From: Macrostomum lignano | Lineage: Eukaryota | Direction: 5' to 3' | Length of the DNA stretch: 64,000 nt | NCBI GenBank assembly: GCA_002269645.1 | Contig: NIVC01000020.1 | Location: forward strand, 1,178,001-1,242,000 | Part shown: positions 48,360 through 60,537 of the stretch, one piece after another | How positions within the stretch are numbered: the stretch's first letter is position 1 | Layout of the letters: every line of letters starts with the position of its first letter | Program-made: the position numbers and the translations under genes | The notes under the pieces: model-generated | Told to the model about the DNA's origin: nothing | Database searches by the model: none | The model's input: the letters and a program-made list of their open reading frames with translations, nothing else

Positions 48360-48900
48360 ACTTGGCAGCCACATGGATCACTGCAATTGCTCTGGCGAAC
48401 CTCTGTAATCAATTCTGGCCCTGCACTAGCTGTCATGCTCGGTATACAATTCGTCTCATTTGATAAATTACGTCGATGCCTGCAGAACTAACCACATCCA
48501 AAGGACCGCTGCACATCTTAGCATTGTGGCACATACAATGATGCTGGTGTTCTGGCAGAGAAACAGGTAAAAGTGCAGCAAATGGCATTACATATCCGTC
48601 CGAGATGTGTGCAGTTTACAGTGCTTTAGCCAATTGGGTCAGTAGAATTAAATCGATCACATTAGAATAAAAGTAGATGTTCGCTGTACATGTAACAAAC
48701 CAATAGCAAGACACTATTGGATTTCTTTCCCTTCTACTGATGCTCGTACATCAGATGGCTGTCTCCACAGGCCACAGCTCATCGCATTCTCTGTTTATCG
48801 CCGCTTCAGTGCTGTCAGCCGCACTTAACTGTGTCCGGCCTCGGTATATATAGAGTCAGTCCCAATGGAAAATCATCATCTAAAACATATCTAAAGCGTA
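48360..48900 (-). pseudogene. Possible heavily decayed Tc1-like transposase remnant
   Basis: Broken minus-strand frames reading ALKRR*TENAMSC and IVCATMLRCAAVLWMW...SSAGI resemble Tc1 TVRRRL.E.GL and IVPTVKHGGGSVMVWG motifs; many stops and frameshifts. Confidence 0.3.
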
Positions 48901-51127
48901 ATTGTCAATCGAAGAGTAAATATAAAATATAGTATGTCTGTTATGGGACTGCCATGACTAATCTGTTAAACACTTCACAAATTCGTGTGGCAGCACTCTG
49001 TAGAGATTCCATCTTTCTGTACCATATTTAATATTACATTGCCAGCATCAATGGCAATTAAGTTTTTTCTTTTATCTTTTTTTTGTTAGTAGCTATATGC
49101 ATCCAAAGGTGGAAAGTATCAACTGAATGTTTAAGTTGCTACATGTATATCTTTAATGAAGTGCAGCACATATGAGAATGAATTTAATGTTTCAAAGAAA
49201 TTAATTTTTTGTGCTTTAGACAGATAATTTCATTGATAATAAATCAGATGCAAAATTGTTTTAATACTATTTCTTGACTGATCAAATCATGCAACTTTTT
49301 TATTATTCGTTACTCTTATTTTCTTTTCAGTTTCTACTACCTCTTGTTTTGACTCATTATGTTTACTTGTAACTTACAATACAAATTTTAAATCAGTTAA
49401 AAAATTTTTTGAGTGAAAACAACAAAAAACGACTGTTTTTAAGAGAAAAATAGTCGATTTTATCTACATAAATCAAATTCTGTTTGTTCTGACTAACATA
49501 CGCTCGTATTGGGTGATCAATAGCAAAAATTCATCTAAATACATAAAAAACATCCAAAAAACCTAACAATGTGCTGAGAAAATTTTTTTTCATAACTAGA
49601 GACAAAAAAGTGGTACTTTTTCTCATCCCACAGATGAGGACTTTGAATTAAAATAACTTTGGTGCTACTTGCTTTGTTGTAGTCAGCTAAATCTCTCTTT
49701 GTTAGGTTAATTTTGTGCTATTGAAAAAGACTTAAAATTGAATTTAATTAACTTTTCTTTTTTAATATTGAATGAAACTGCCTTAATTGATACTTTAGTG
49801 TTAGATATGACTATCTTTCTTAAAAAAACATCAGAAAACGCAGCTATTAGCTGATTCCATCAACAGAACAAATTAATTAAAAGTGGATTTTTTAATCATT
49901 AATAATGTGACGTTTCTAGCGAAAATCGAAATAACAACATCTGCTTTGCAATCGAAAGAGTTAAATGGGTTCTAGGTTGTGCTAACCAAAGATATAAATA
50001 ACATTTATCAATTTTCTTCTTTAATAAGACCACGTGAACAGAATGTAGCTTCTCTAAAGTGGGTATTATAGCTCGTGCGATAATAAAAATATATATCGAA
50101 AAATGAAATAGCGCACTCTGTTGAGATTAACATCAAAAGTTCAATGTTAAAAAAGATTAAGACCCATGAGAGGCATTTATATTTTAAGTCCTTTTAGAGC
50201 TACAATAAGAAAAGATTTAATATTTCAGGCTGATTTTCAAAAATATTTGTTTCACTGCTTACGACTAAACTTTAAGAACGACCCCACTATTCGATATTAT
50301 ATATGCGCAAACTACAAAGTTAATAAAAAATCACAGATTCAAGAGTGCAATGTTGTTTGTACTTATAAATATAAGTTTTAATAAACGGTAGTACTTCTAT
50401 TCTATAGCAGTTTAATAATCTAAATTGCATTGGTCAGAGAAGTGTTGAAGAATGAAGATCAAAGGCTGATTCACATTGTTTGTTATCAATCAAATACACA
50501 AACTACATTCAAAGAAATAAAAGTTGCTAGCGATAGTACGGAATTTGGCCCTATCCTATAGTATATGATGGCAGCATTTATTTATGTGTTGCGATATTTT
50601 TATTATTTTAGGCTATATATGAGTATAGTCAATAGGTAGGTAATCTGTTAGGCCCTAAACATTCTCAAAGTCAAAGATAGGTCTATTGTTTTTGATAAAA
50701 TTTTTGCACGCTAAGCTGCTAAGCAGTTGTGCCACAATTGTTTGCAGTGGGGCCTGGGTGCTGTTAATGTTAGTAGTTTTTTTTAAATACAATGCCACCC
50801 TTGACTATCATTCATTTTTTATTATTCATAATAATAGAACAATTGAAAATAAAATAATAATACAATAGCAACAGTTTAACCTTACCTAGGCTTATCAACG
50901 CATATCACTCATTATATTAATAGGTCTTATTTATTGTAAAAGAATGACTTACTTGATTTAGCTTTTTACAGATTACTTATTTTTAACTTATTTGACTAAC
51001 TTAGATTGCATATATCTTAACTTTTGTCCCTGCCTTATTAGTTATTATGGAGAGCTTGCATGTACAGTAGCTATCCACCTAGTTTTTAAATTGCATGCAT
51101 GGTGCATGGCATCTATCCACATAGTGT

Positions 51128-54100
51128 TGTCACAGGGCTCCTGGGTAATCTATTAGATTCTCATTGATGTCACTAAAATCTATTGTAGGGTGAGATTACT
51201 GACTCCTATTCTATCAAATTATCACAAGGGACTTAATTAGGGAATAAAGAAAGATGCAAATTCTACTACTAACAGGAGTAAGCTGTGGGTTGCTCCTGGG
51301 GGGCATGAAGTGTCCAAGCGGCAAGACACAGTTTTTCTATTTAGTTTTTCTATTTAGTCTGGGGGATATAAATGGGGAAATTTAAGGGCTTTGCGGTGGA
51401 TCAGAGTTGCCTGGGGAATGATCACGCAGGGGAATTTCCTAATGGGGAATGCTTTCGCAGAGGGTAATTCGCTTAATAAGAATGGCGCCGAAAGCTGGTA
51501 GGACCCTTAATGGTTAGGAGAAATTCTGAGAATAGTGTTCAGAGAAGTTAAGTGGTATGCCAGGTCAGCGGGGAGGTTAGAGACGGGCTAGAGACTGGGC
51601 AATCTGCGAGTCTGGGCGGGAGAGTTGGCGAAACTCTAGGTCTGGCTAGGGACTGGGTTAGGGGAAGAAAGGGAGAGGCGGGGCGCCTTCCGTTGGGGAG
51701 AATTGGGCTGCAATAGTTACTGCACGTTCCTGGGGAAGGGGGGGAGGTTGAAGGGGGAGGGCTGTATACTTCTGACTGAGCAAGCCTGAAGGGAAAGGGA
51801 AGGCTGAGCGCCTAAATGAGGAACAGTGAGTCAAGCTATTTTTAGAACAAACTGTTCATACTCCAGACTTAGCATGGAGGCAGACAAGGTTAGCTTTCTT
51901 TTGCTGTATATTTGCGAGTATATATAGTATTTTCACTAAAAATGGTGGACAATTTTTAACAAATGTTATGAAAATAATTATTTAGCAACAAATTTACAGT
52001 ATAAAACTAACTACTTACTCATGTATATTTACTTCTAATAAGGCTATGAGTAAGAGTGATAAAAATAGTGAATTTGCATTAAAAATGTAAAAACTAATGT
52101 ATTGAGGCCACTTGACTACTAGTAAGGCATACAAAAATAAGCATACAAGTATTAATGAGTACATAGAATAATGAGCCTGCCTCAACTGGCTTTCTTATAT
52201 GAAAAATTTGAACAAACATGCAAAAAAATAAAAATGTGCGCGAGAATTTTTCAAAAAAACATTATATACTAATGTCAGTAGTATCAAATCCAGTTCAGTT
52301 ATTACATATATTGGACCATGGCGGTCGGCAGTCAGTCGTGGTAGGGCCAGCCACACTTGAGACCGGTCCACAGTACTTCCGTTCTGACCATCGCACGGTT
52401 GACCCAGCTGTGGTTTAGCTCGTGCAAGGCGTATGCCACAGCTCGTTTCCAAGCAGCTACGGCCTGATTTGGCTGCATACGCCCCAGAGCTTGAAACGTG
52501 GGCTTCAGAACTTCTCGAGTCGGCAGCGCCCTTCCGTCTAGGTGAAGATGACCCATGGTGACTAGGTGATTCTTAATGTTGTTGGCCAGCCTGTGGTACT
52601 CTTCACACTGGTTCTCCGGGAGATGGAGGATGACGATTCCGAATTCTCCTCCAATCTCTTCCAGAGGGTCTGGCTTGACGTAATCGGCCATCAAAGGGGG
52701 AATTTGGGCGACTGGAGATCGTTCAACAGCCTGGTGCTACGGTTGCAAGCCGTATTGTGTCAGTAGCGTCACTAGGGGTGGCTGGCTGGCTAGCAGCGGC
52801 TTGGTGGGCGACCTAGATCGCTGCCTAGGCGAGGTTGTCGGTGGTTGCTGTCTGGTAGGTGATCTGGACTGCTGCCTGGGGTTACATGATGACGAGGCTG
52901 ACAAAGACTGCTGGCTAGCCAGTGGCTGCCTGTTTGCCGGCTGCCTGGCCGGTGATCTGGCATGCGACCGAGGCGTCGAAATTTTCAATATTGGCGGTCT
53001 TCTTGTTGACGATTGTTTGGCAGGTGAACATTGCCGGGGGGACAAAACTGCAGACAGTCGATGAGGTCCTAAGCAGTTCATAATGCTTGTGCTAGGGGTT
53101 TTGACCTGAGGTAGTACAATCGAGGATCGACAGTCCTTGGGGTGACGCTTCAAAGTGGCTGGAGGCGTACAGACTAGAGTGCTAGCCTGACGTTTTAGGA
53201 TGTCAGCTTGATCTTTGGGAGTCGTGCTAGTTGGCGGGCATGTCACCATGGAAGATGGGCGAGGCCTTGGTTTGGGAGGCTGGGGCCTAGTCTGCTTGTG
53301 GCCGGGAATGGGTAACTTGTTTTCTTTGTCACTAATTAGTTCGCCTTCACTAGGGCTTAAGCTAAGCTCATCCTGTAGTTTCCTTAGTTTTCCTGCTTCG
53401 CTGGACATCTTGGATAATGGGATAGCAAAAGATAGTGGAATCAATGATTAACTAGCGGGATAATTGTTTGCTTGTTGTGCAACTTCAGTTTCGAGTGTTG
53501 GGGTTATTATTCCCTTTGTTCCTATTCTTTGGATTCCTCATTTTTGTGACTCATCCTGTTTTTCAACTTCTTTGGGCTTTAGTTTTGCCTTGGGTCGATA
53601 AATTTAGAGGGTCTTTGTTCATTAGCATTGCCCTAGGTGAGTTCTTTCTTTGTATAAAATTTGGGGTTGGTCACGCAATCGGGGATGGCGAGAGTGCTAG
53701 AATTGGAGGTTGCGCAACAAACTGAGGCTGTCAATAAGCGCTTTAGATGGCAGTCACATCTTTGTCTGGCCTGGGTTGGGTGCCTTAGATTGTAGGGGTG
53801 GGTGTGCATGGGCTTGGGATCTCGCAGGGCAGGAGAGGGGGGAAGGGATTGAGGGGCTTCTTCGTTCAAGTCTTCACTCTCTGAGTCATCGCTTGCTTCT
53901 TCTTCTATCTGGGCTTCAGGCAATTCTTCTTCTATCTCTTCGTCGCTGTCTTCTCTCAGTTGGCATCGCCAATTCATTCCTTTTTTATCAGATGATTCGG
54001 ATTCAGAAATTGTTGTTGGGAAATTCCAGCGGGGTGGCTTTCCTTAATTGGGAGTTGTCTCTTGGGCTTAGTTGAGGTGTGAATATTGGCAGAAGTTGGG

Positions 54101-54965
54101 GCGGAAGTGGGAGTAAGAGCGGGATCAGGGGCGGAAACATGGGTGGGAGCATCCTGGCTTTCCTTAGGGAAAAGTTCTGTGGTGGAATTGGGTATGGGCG
54201 TTAAATTATCTCTATGCACAAGCATTTCTCTACCAATCAGTTTACCATTTTCTTCCTTCTGGATCTTAAATACAACTTCGGAAATTTGGGCTATTACGCG
54301 AAATGCTGATCGCTTCTTTCTATGAAACTTGTGTGACTCTTTGGTGTCTAATTAGGGATTATTAATTAAAGCAAGGCAACCTATGGGGACTCTCGGGGGG
54401 AGCTTATTGGTTTTAATCGCATGGGATACATGGGGTACAAGCACAGTGGTTACACGGGGTGTGGACACGTGATGAGCAGAATTCGCATTGGTTAAATGGG
54501 GAGCAGTCGCATGAGCTGTAATCGCATGTGGGGCATTGTACACATGGGGGTCATGGGGAGCAATTGGCGTGACATCATTGATTTTGTTGCAAGCAAGTAA
54601 TGAGAAATTATTGGGTGAAGTAAATATCGCATTATTTATAGGCATTGGTTGTACATGGGAGGTTTTGCGGGGATAGCGGAAACCATACTAGGGAGGTTGC
54701 CAGTATTTTGGTTGGGGGGCATTTTTGAATGATGGGGAGGCCCGAGAGTAAGCAAAATTTTGGCCTGAGGGGCGTGGCCTATTAACTCGACCCTGGCTTC
54801 TCAGTTTCCCGACTTCTGGGAGTCATGGGGGTTGCGGAACTTCAGCGGCTCATATCTTGGGTTAGGGGGCTGATGCTTATTATTTCTTGGGGGCTCACGT
54901 CTTGGCGGTTGGTTCATCAGCTGGGGCCTGTACTGCTGCTGAGGTTGTGGCCTGCACTGCTGCTG
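51128..54965 (-). mobile_element. Decayed Gypsy-like LTR retrotransposon remnant (integrase C-terminus, extra downstream ORF, G-rich possible LTR at ~51130-51890)
   Basis: FRVIAQISEVVFKIQKEE...MLVHRDNLTP (integrase C-terminal GPY/F-like region) at ~54170-54330, HPYNLR tail at ~53783-53800, long ORF 53444-52332 with one stop; TGTCAC at ~51128. LTR pair and PPT not confirmed. Confidence 0.5.
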
Positions 54966-54967
54966 AG

Positions 54968-57270
54968 GTTGTTGTTGTTGATTGCGGAGATGAGCTCAGA
55001 GGGGCCACCAGTCAATGGCCCCCAGGAGCTGCGCCACTACGTCTCCTCGTGCAAGGTCACCAATGCTAGTGACGCTGATAGTGCGTCGAGTAAGTTCGAG
55101 CTTAGGACAATGGAGAATATGGAACTGCTCAGTTAATTGATTGCAAAGCCGGCATGGCCCTCCTTCGGCGATGCCTGTTCGGTGACAATAGTAGGATGAT
55201 TCTGGACAATGGCCGGATCTGACTTGGGATATAAGTGTCTGCTGCCGACGAGTGCCCATTCCTGGGGACACCGGGGTGTGGTATACCTCCAGGTGTCCTG
55301 GCAGGTCAGGCTGGTACCTAATGTGATGGTAGATCCGCTCCTTGGAGGCAGGGAGCAAGATGAGCACCTGATCTTGACAGAGAGTTGCTGCGACTTTAGC
55401 TTCTGTGTCGACAAGTTCATTGCCGTGCACCCCCAAATGTCCGGGAACCCAGAGCAGCGTAAGTTTGGTCCTATGGGCCACGGTCACGAGGAGGGCCTTC
55501 GCTAGTTCGAGCCTCGCATTCAGTGTGGGCCAGTCAGCTTGGATGGCCGTAATGGCACTTTGACTGTCCGTGAGGATGGCGGCACAGGCAGTAGTGGAAT
55601 CAATGATGTCCTGGAGCGTGAGAGTGATGGCATTAAGCTCGGCCTTGTAGGAATTGCACCATCGGCCTGCTGCCGCGTGCCCTCTGCGGATGATAGTGCC
55701 GTCTTCTTTGCAGAGGAGGATCCAGGCCGATCCCCCGTTGGTGGTGCCTCCTGAGACTGAACCGTCAGTGAAATAGAGGGCTGCGTCGGGACAATGCTGC
55801 TCAATCGCGGAGAGCACTGCCTCGGTCGCAGATCCTTCATGCTCGGGGAGTTTGGTGAACATCTGCACCCCGCAATCAACCAGTGAGTCCCATGGGGGGT
55901 TGCGGGTTGTAGGTATAGGCAGACGCGGGAGAGGGATCATAGCGTTGCAAATGGCTCTGGCTTGCTCTCGTAGCCCTTTGTTGGCCGCTAGCTGGGTGTT
56001 GAGTTGCCTGTCACAGATCTGCCAGAACGGATTGTCGGCCGGGCGGTGGTTGGCTTTCTTGTAGGCCATCAGGGCCCTACGGTGGGCTTCGAGGCTGATT
56101 GGGCTGACGTTGGTTTCCATATGGATGGCTTCCACCGGTGTCGAGCGTGGCAATCCTTGTGATGGCTTTGAGGGTTTCTCTTTGAGCGCGGTCCAGGTCA
56201 TTGAGGTGGGTACTGGACAGCCATGGAGTCCAGGCAGCAGCAGCGTGCCAGACCACCGATTCGACGAGTGCTCAATAAACCCGGAGGAGCAGGGCGCGGT
56301 CCCAGCCCCATTCGCAATGGCCGGCGAGCTGACAGCCCCTTGCGGAACTCCCTCACGGAGCCGGCACCATTTTCCTGTGGTCGCGCCGATTCTAACGGCA
56401 ATTTGGCGGCCCTCAAGGAAACTGTCAAACCATTTGACCATACAGGCGGGAAGGCCCTCGTCCATCATCCGGGCGAGGAGTCGGGCCCTCCAGACTCTGT
56501 CAAATGCTCTGGAGCAGTCTATGAGCATGGCAAGGGTTTTGAGATGCGGGTTACGCTCCCAACCGTCTTGAATGGCCTAGACCAGGCAGGCGACCTGTTC
56601 TTCGCAGCCCCGGCCTCGTTGGAAGCCTGCTTGCCATAATTGAATTGCTCCAGCCAGTAGTAAAGGCGGTCCAGAATGAGTCTTTCGAGTATTTTGCAGC
56701 AGATGGAAGTGAGGCTAACTGGTCTGTAACTGCTTCGGTCCTTGGGGTCCTTGCCCTCCTTGAGCAGAGGAATGATAATAGCTTGCTTCCAGGGGCCAGG
56801 GCAGTGTCCAGTGCGCCAGCAGCGGTTGAAGACCTTGAGCCACGCGGCTCTCCAGTGGTCGGGCAGGTGCAGAAAGAACGCTGCTTCAATGCCATCAGGG
56901 CCACATTTCTTGCTGGGATCAAGTCTGTGGATAGCTCTGAGCAGTTCACCCTCGGTGAAGTCACGGCAATAGTTGTCGTCGTCCACCTCATAGGAGGCTA
57001 GGCAAGTAGCCATTTGCACCTTGAATTTGCGGTGGGTGGTGTTGTGCTTCAGAGTGCTAATGTCTTCATAATATCTGCTGAAGGCATTGGCTTTGTCCTT
57101 GTCGGTACAGAATTCCTTTCTGTCTATGACCAGGTTCTCATTAGGGTGGGCCGTTTGTTTGGCGTTGCTAAGGCATTTGATGGTGTTCTAAACCTTTTTG
57201 GGGTCCTCGGATTCGGCCTTTTTTCCATTAAAGTCCTTCCAGAATTCATGTGTCTTTTTGCCGCAGCGTA
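54968..57270 (-). mobile_element. 5'-truncated I/Ingi-like LINE ORF2 (RT + RNase H + CCHC), internally deleted
   Basis: RT motifs GPDGI, WKQAIIIPLLKEGK, SYRPVSLTS...KILERLI, DCSRAFDRVW, GVPQG; RNase H YFTDGS, ILTDSQSA, WVPGHLGVHGNE; CRLC...HILHC; (CAA)4 tail ~15 nt after the stop. Confidence 0.92.
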
Positions 57271-57545
57271 AGTAAATTGAACTTAGGCACTGCTGATGCA
57301 ATTTAATGAAATGAACACTTTTAGCAAGCCAGAGTAGCCAAGCAGGTTTGACCTTGAATGAACTTTGCAAAAAAGTTTTCTATCAATTTAACAGTCTAAA
57401 ATAAACAGAATTAAACAAATTTTAAGCCATACCACCGGCTGAAAATTTCAAATAAAAAATCTGGTTAGAAATGATCTAGGCATTCAGCTTAAAATGTGAA
57501 ACATATGGACATAGGCAGAAACATACATAGATTTAGGTATAAGAA

Positions 57546-57821
57546 CATACATGCGCAACTGCTGGCCGACCTGGCCAATCTGGCCACCATAAATTGTGGT
57601 GGACCAGGGGTAAGTCGCAAAAATGCCACCCCAAAGAATACGGACGTAGTACTAATTAGATGCCGAGGCATTTAGGCCTGATAAGACAGTCATAGTTACT
57701 CCTGCCGTTTACCCAAATAAGCGTTTATTTTGCTTTAGGGTTTCTTTCAAAGGTAAGTCGCATTTTTGGTCAAAAAGTAAGTCGCATGGCCAGTGTAAAT
57801 CAGGGGGGTTGCACATGTATG
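57546..57821. mobile_element. MITE with TIR CATACATGCGCAAC and perfect 8-bp TSD TATAAGAA (hAT- or P-like)
   Basis: TSD at 57538-57545 and 57822-57829; TIR ends CATACATG...CATGTATG. Confidence 0.8.
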
Positions 57822-59574
57822 TATAAGAAGAAGAAGAAGAAGATTGCCAAACAAAGATTCTATTTTAGTCTTTGCATTGAAAGTAAAAATGTTCATCTTA
57901 ATTTTGGCCCCTAATCAGTATTATCATGAATATACAATGTGCTTATGACATTGAAAATCTATTGCTTAAGTCCCCAACCATAAAAAAAGCTTCTTTTATA
58001 TAAAGACTTAAAACTTCAAACTGAACCAAAAAGCTATTTATTAAGACTAGGAACACAAAGTCTTGGTGTGTATTTTAGGAGCTGCTAAAGACATGAGTCA
58101 TACCTTGGTTGTAGCAAATATATTATGATGATTGTTTTAGCAAGATAGCACTCTAGCTTATACTACAAGGACAATATAAGTATTTTTGGTGGCTAAGTTT
58201 AGCCATTTTTAGGTTAAGGATATCTAGCCCCTTTTTTCACTGAATTTGAACCCTTTAGACTTCTACTAGCACATTAAGCCCCCATGAGGGCATTCAAATT
58301 CAAAATTCAATCATTTAAAGTATAAAAAATTGTTTTTGAATATTTGACCCATTTTTATATCAATTTTTTCATTGTTCAAAATTGTATATATACTCAACAA
58401 CATTGAAAAGTTGCCACTCTATGTGCCAGTGAGCAATTTCTCTTGGACTATTCTGAAATAAAAGATACAAGAAAACTGATTAGGTAGCTTTAATCAATTT
58501 AACAAAACCCACACATACTGCACCCCACTTTATTCCTCAACTTAAGCCTGCTATTGCATAGCAAGTTGCGTCACTCACAAGATAGAAAGACTTTACTTGC
58601 ATTCTCAAAAGAGGCAACCACAGACAGAATCTTTTGTGATGGCGACTTTTTTATATTGCTGAATATATATAAGCACACTTTGATAATAAGCCCATAATGG
58701 TAGGCATTCAAATGAAAAATTCAAATATTAAAAGCATTCAAAACTTTGTTTTTAAATATTTGACTCACTAACAATTGGTATAGATATAAATAAATTTTAT
58801 ATACCAATTTGCCAAATGAATCTTAATCAATTAGGCACATAGTTACTACCTTCATCTGCAACTGTGCCACCTAGTGTTGTATTTATAAAATAAGACAAAC
58901 AAGATCAGAGCAGTTTAGGGGGTTGGTAAATTTCAGGCTAGCTTATTAACCCCCTCCCTATGCACCCACTCTTTCATCAATTGTCTATCAGACTAGTTGG
59001 TAAACAATAATAAAATTTAACCAACCCTACAAATTGCCAGCCTGCTGCACAAAGGGTCATAAAACTCCTTATCTTCATTGTAGATGTGCTTTTACACTGT
59101 AAATTTGCCAATGAGAGGCCTAAATGGTTGAACTGAGCAATTAAATTTAGAAACAGAGTGCCTATTGAAATCATAAAAAAATTGTTTTGCAAATACTTGA
59201 CCCACTTCCCATTCAATTTTTTCATCAAAAAAAGTTATGCATGATCCCAAAAAATTATAAATTTTTAAAAACTTATTTGAAAAAATTGTTTAAATGGCTC
59301 TTGAAAAATCAATGACAGATAGACCGACTGACTGACAGAAAAACAACACAAAATTAGACTTTTTTTTCTTGACACATAAAGGAGGCCTATTGATTACTTG
59401 TACAAAAGTGCAATGGATTTATATTTTATGGGAAAAGTGCATGGGAAAATTGAAACAAAGGTTGTCAGTGCTATGCAGACTTTTTGGAAGCATCTTCAGA
59501 GAATTTTGGAAACGGGGAGGATTTATAGAATAACTTATGATGAAATAAATATGGTGGACTATTATAGAATATAT

Positions 59575-59705
59575 AGAATTTATAGAATATAGTATATAGA
59601 ATAGTATATAGAATAATAGTATAGAATAGAATAGATAGAATAGTATAGAATAATAGTATATAGAATATAGAATATAATTTATAGAAGATAAACTATTATA
59701 GAATA
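59575..59705. repeat. AT-rich (TATAGAA)n-like simple repeat
   Basis: Directly visible. Confidence 0.85.
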
Positions 59706-60537
59706 TAAAATTATTTTTATGTAATTGCAAGAGAAGTCATTTGGTTACTGTCAATGAAAAAAACACTTTTTATAAAATTGTAACATTTCAGTATACACAC
59801 CTGGTAAATAGATAAAATTATATTTCTGTTTGGAATTTTGTGTTGCCTAATAGCTTTTCTTTGATTAAACACTAATAAGCTATAGCTAGTATATATAAAT
59901 ATAATAGTTTTTGAATAGCTTTTAGTTCAAGTATAATTTAAAGATTTCTATCTTCTGAAAGTTTCTATTTCTCATGGATTGACTTGCTAGTTGGCAAATA
60001 TAGCTCTAGCAAATGTTTAGTTAACAATTGAATTTTCTATCATATATGTAGTAGACTAAAAGCTTTTGTGCTATTATTTTGATAGGCTTAGAAAATTTTG
60101 GCTTTTAATAAAAGGAATGCATTCTTGCAATTATGGTAATTATACTGTTAGATGGGATTTTTTATGTTATATTGTTGCAAATGCTACTAAAATGTCTAAT
60201 TGCAACCAGTTCAAGCCTTCTGATATTATAGTAATGCTGAATATTTATAAGCATTAAATCCCACATTTATAAGATAGATATTGAGTGATTTATGTATTGT
60301 ATTGTATTTTAAACATTGTACATACACATGTTCATATGTCTACTTATCAATAGGCATAAGTAGACTGCTGTGGCATGATGCTCTTTATCCCAAGGTGCAT
60401 GAGAATTGGTCTGGTTTAGTATATGCTGTAACTAGTTGGCCTAGACATGGCTTGAATTGCATGCCTGTTTTGCTAACACAGGTTATGCATTCCAAAGCCA
60501 GATTTACAAGTATAAAATTTCATTCTGCTGTCTTCAG

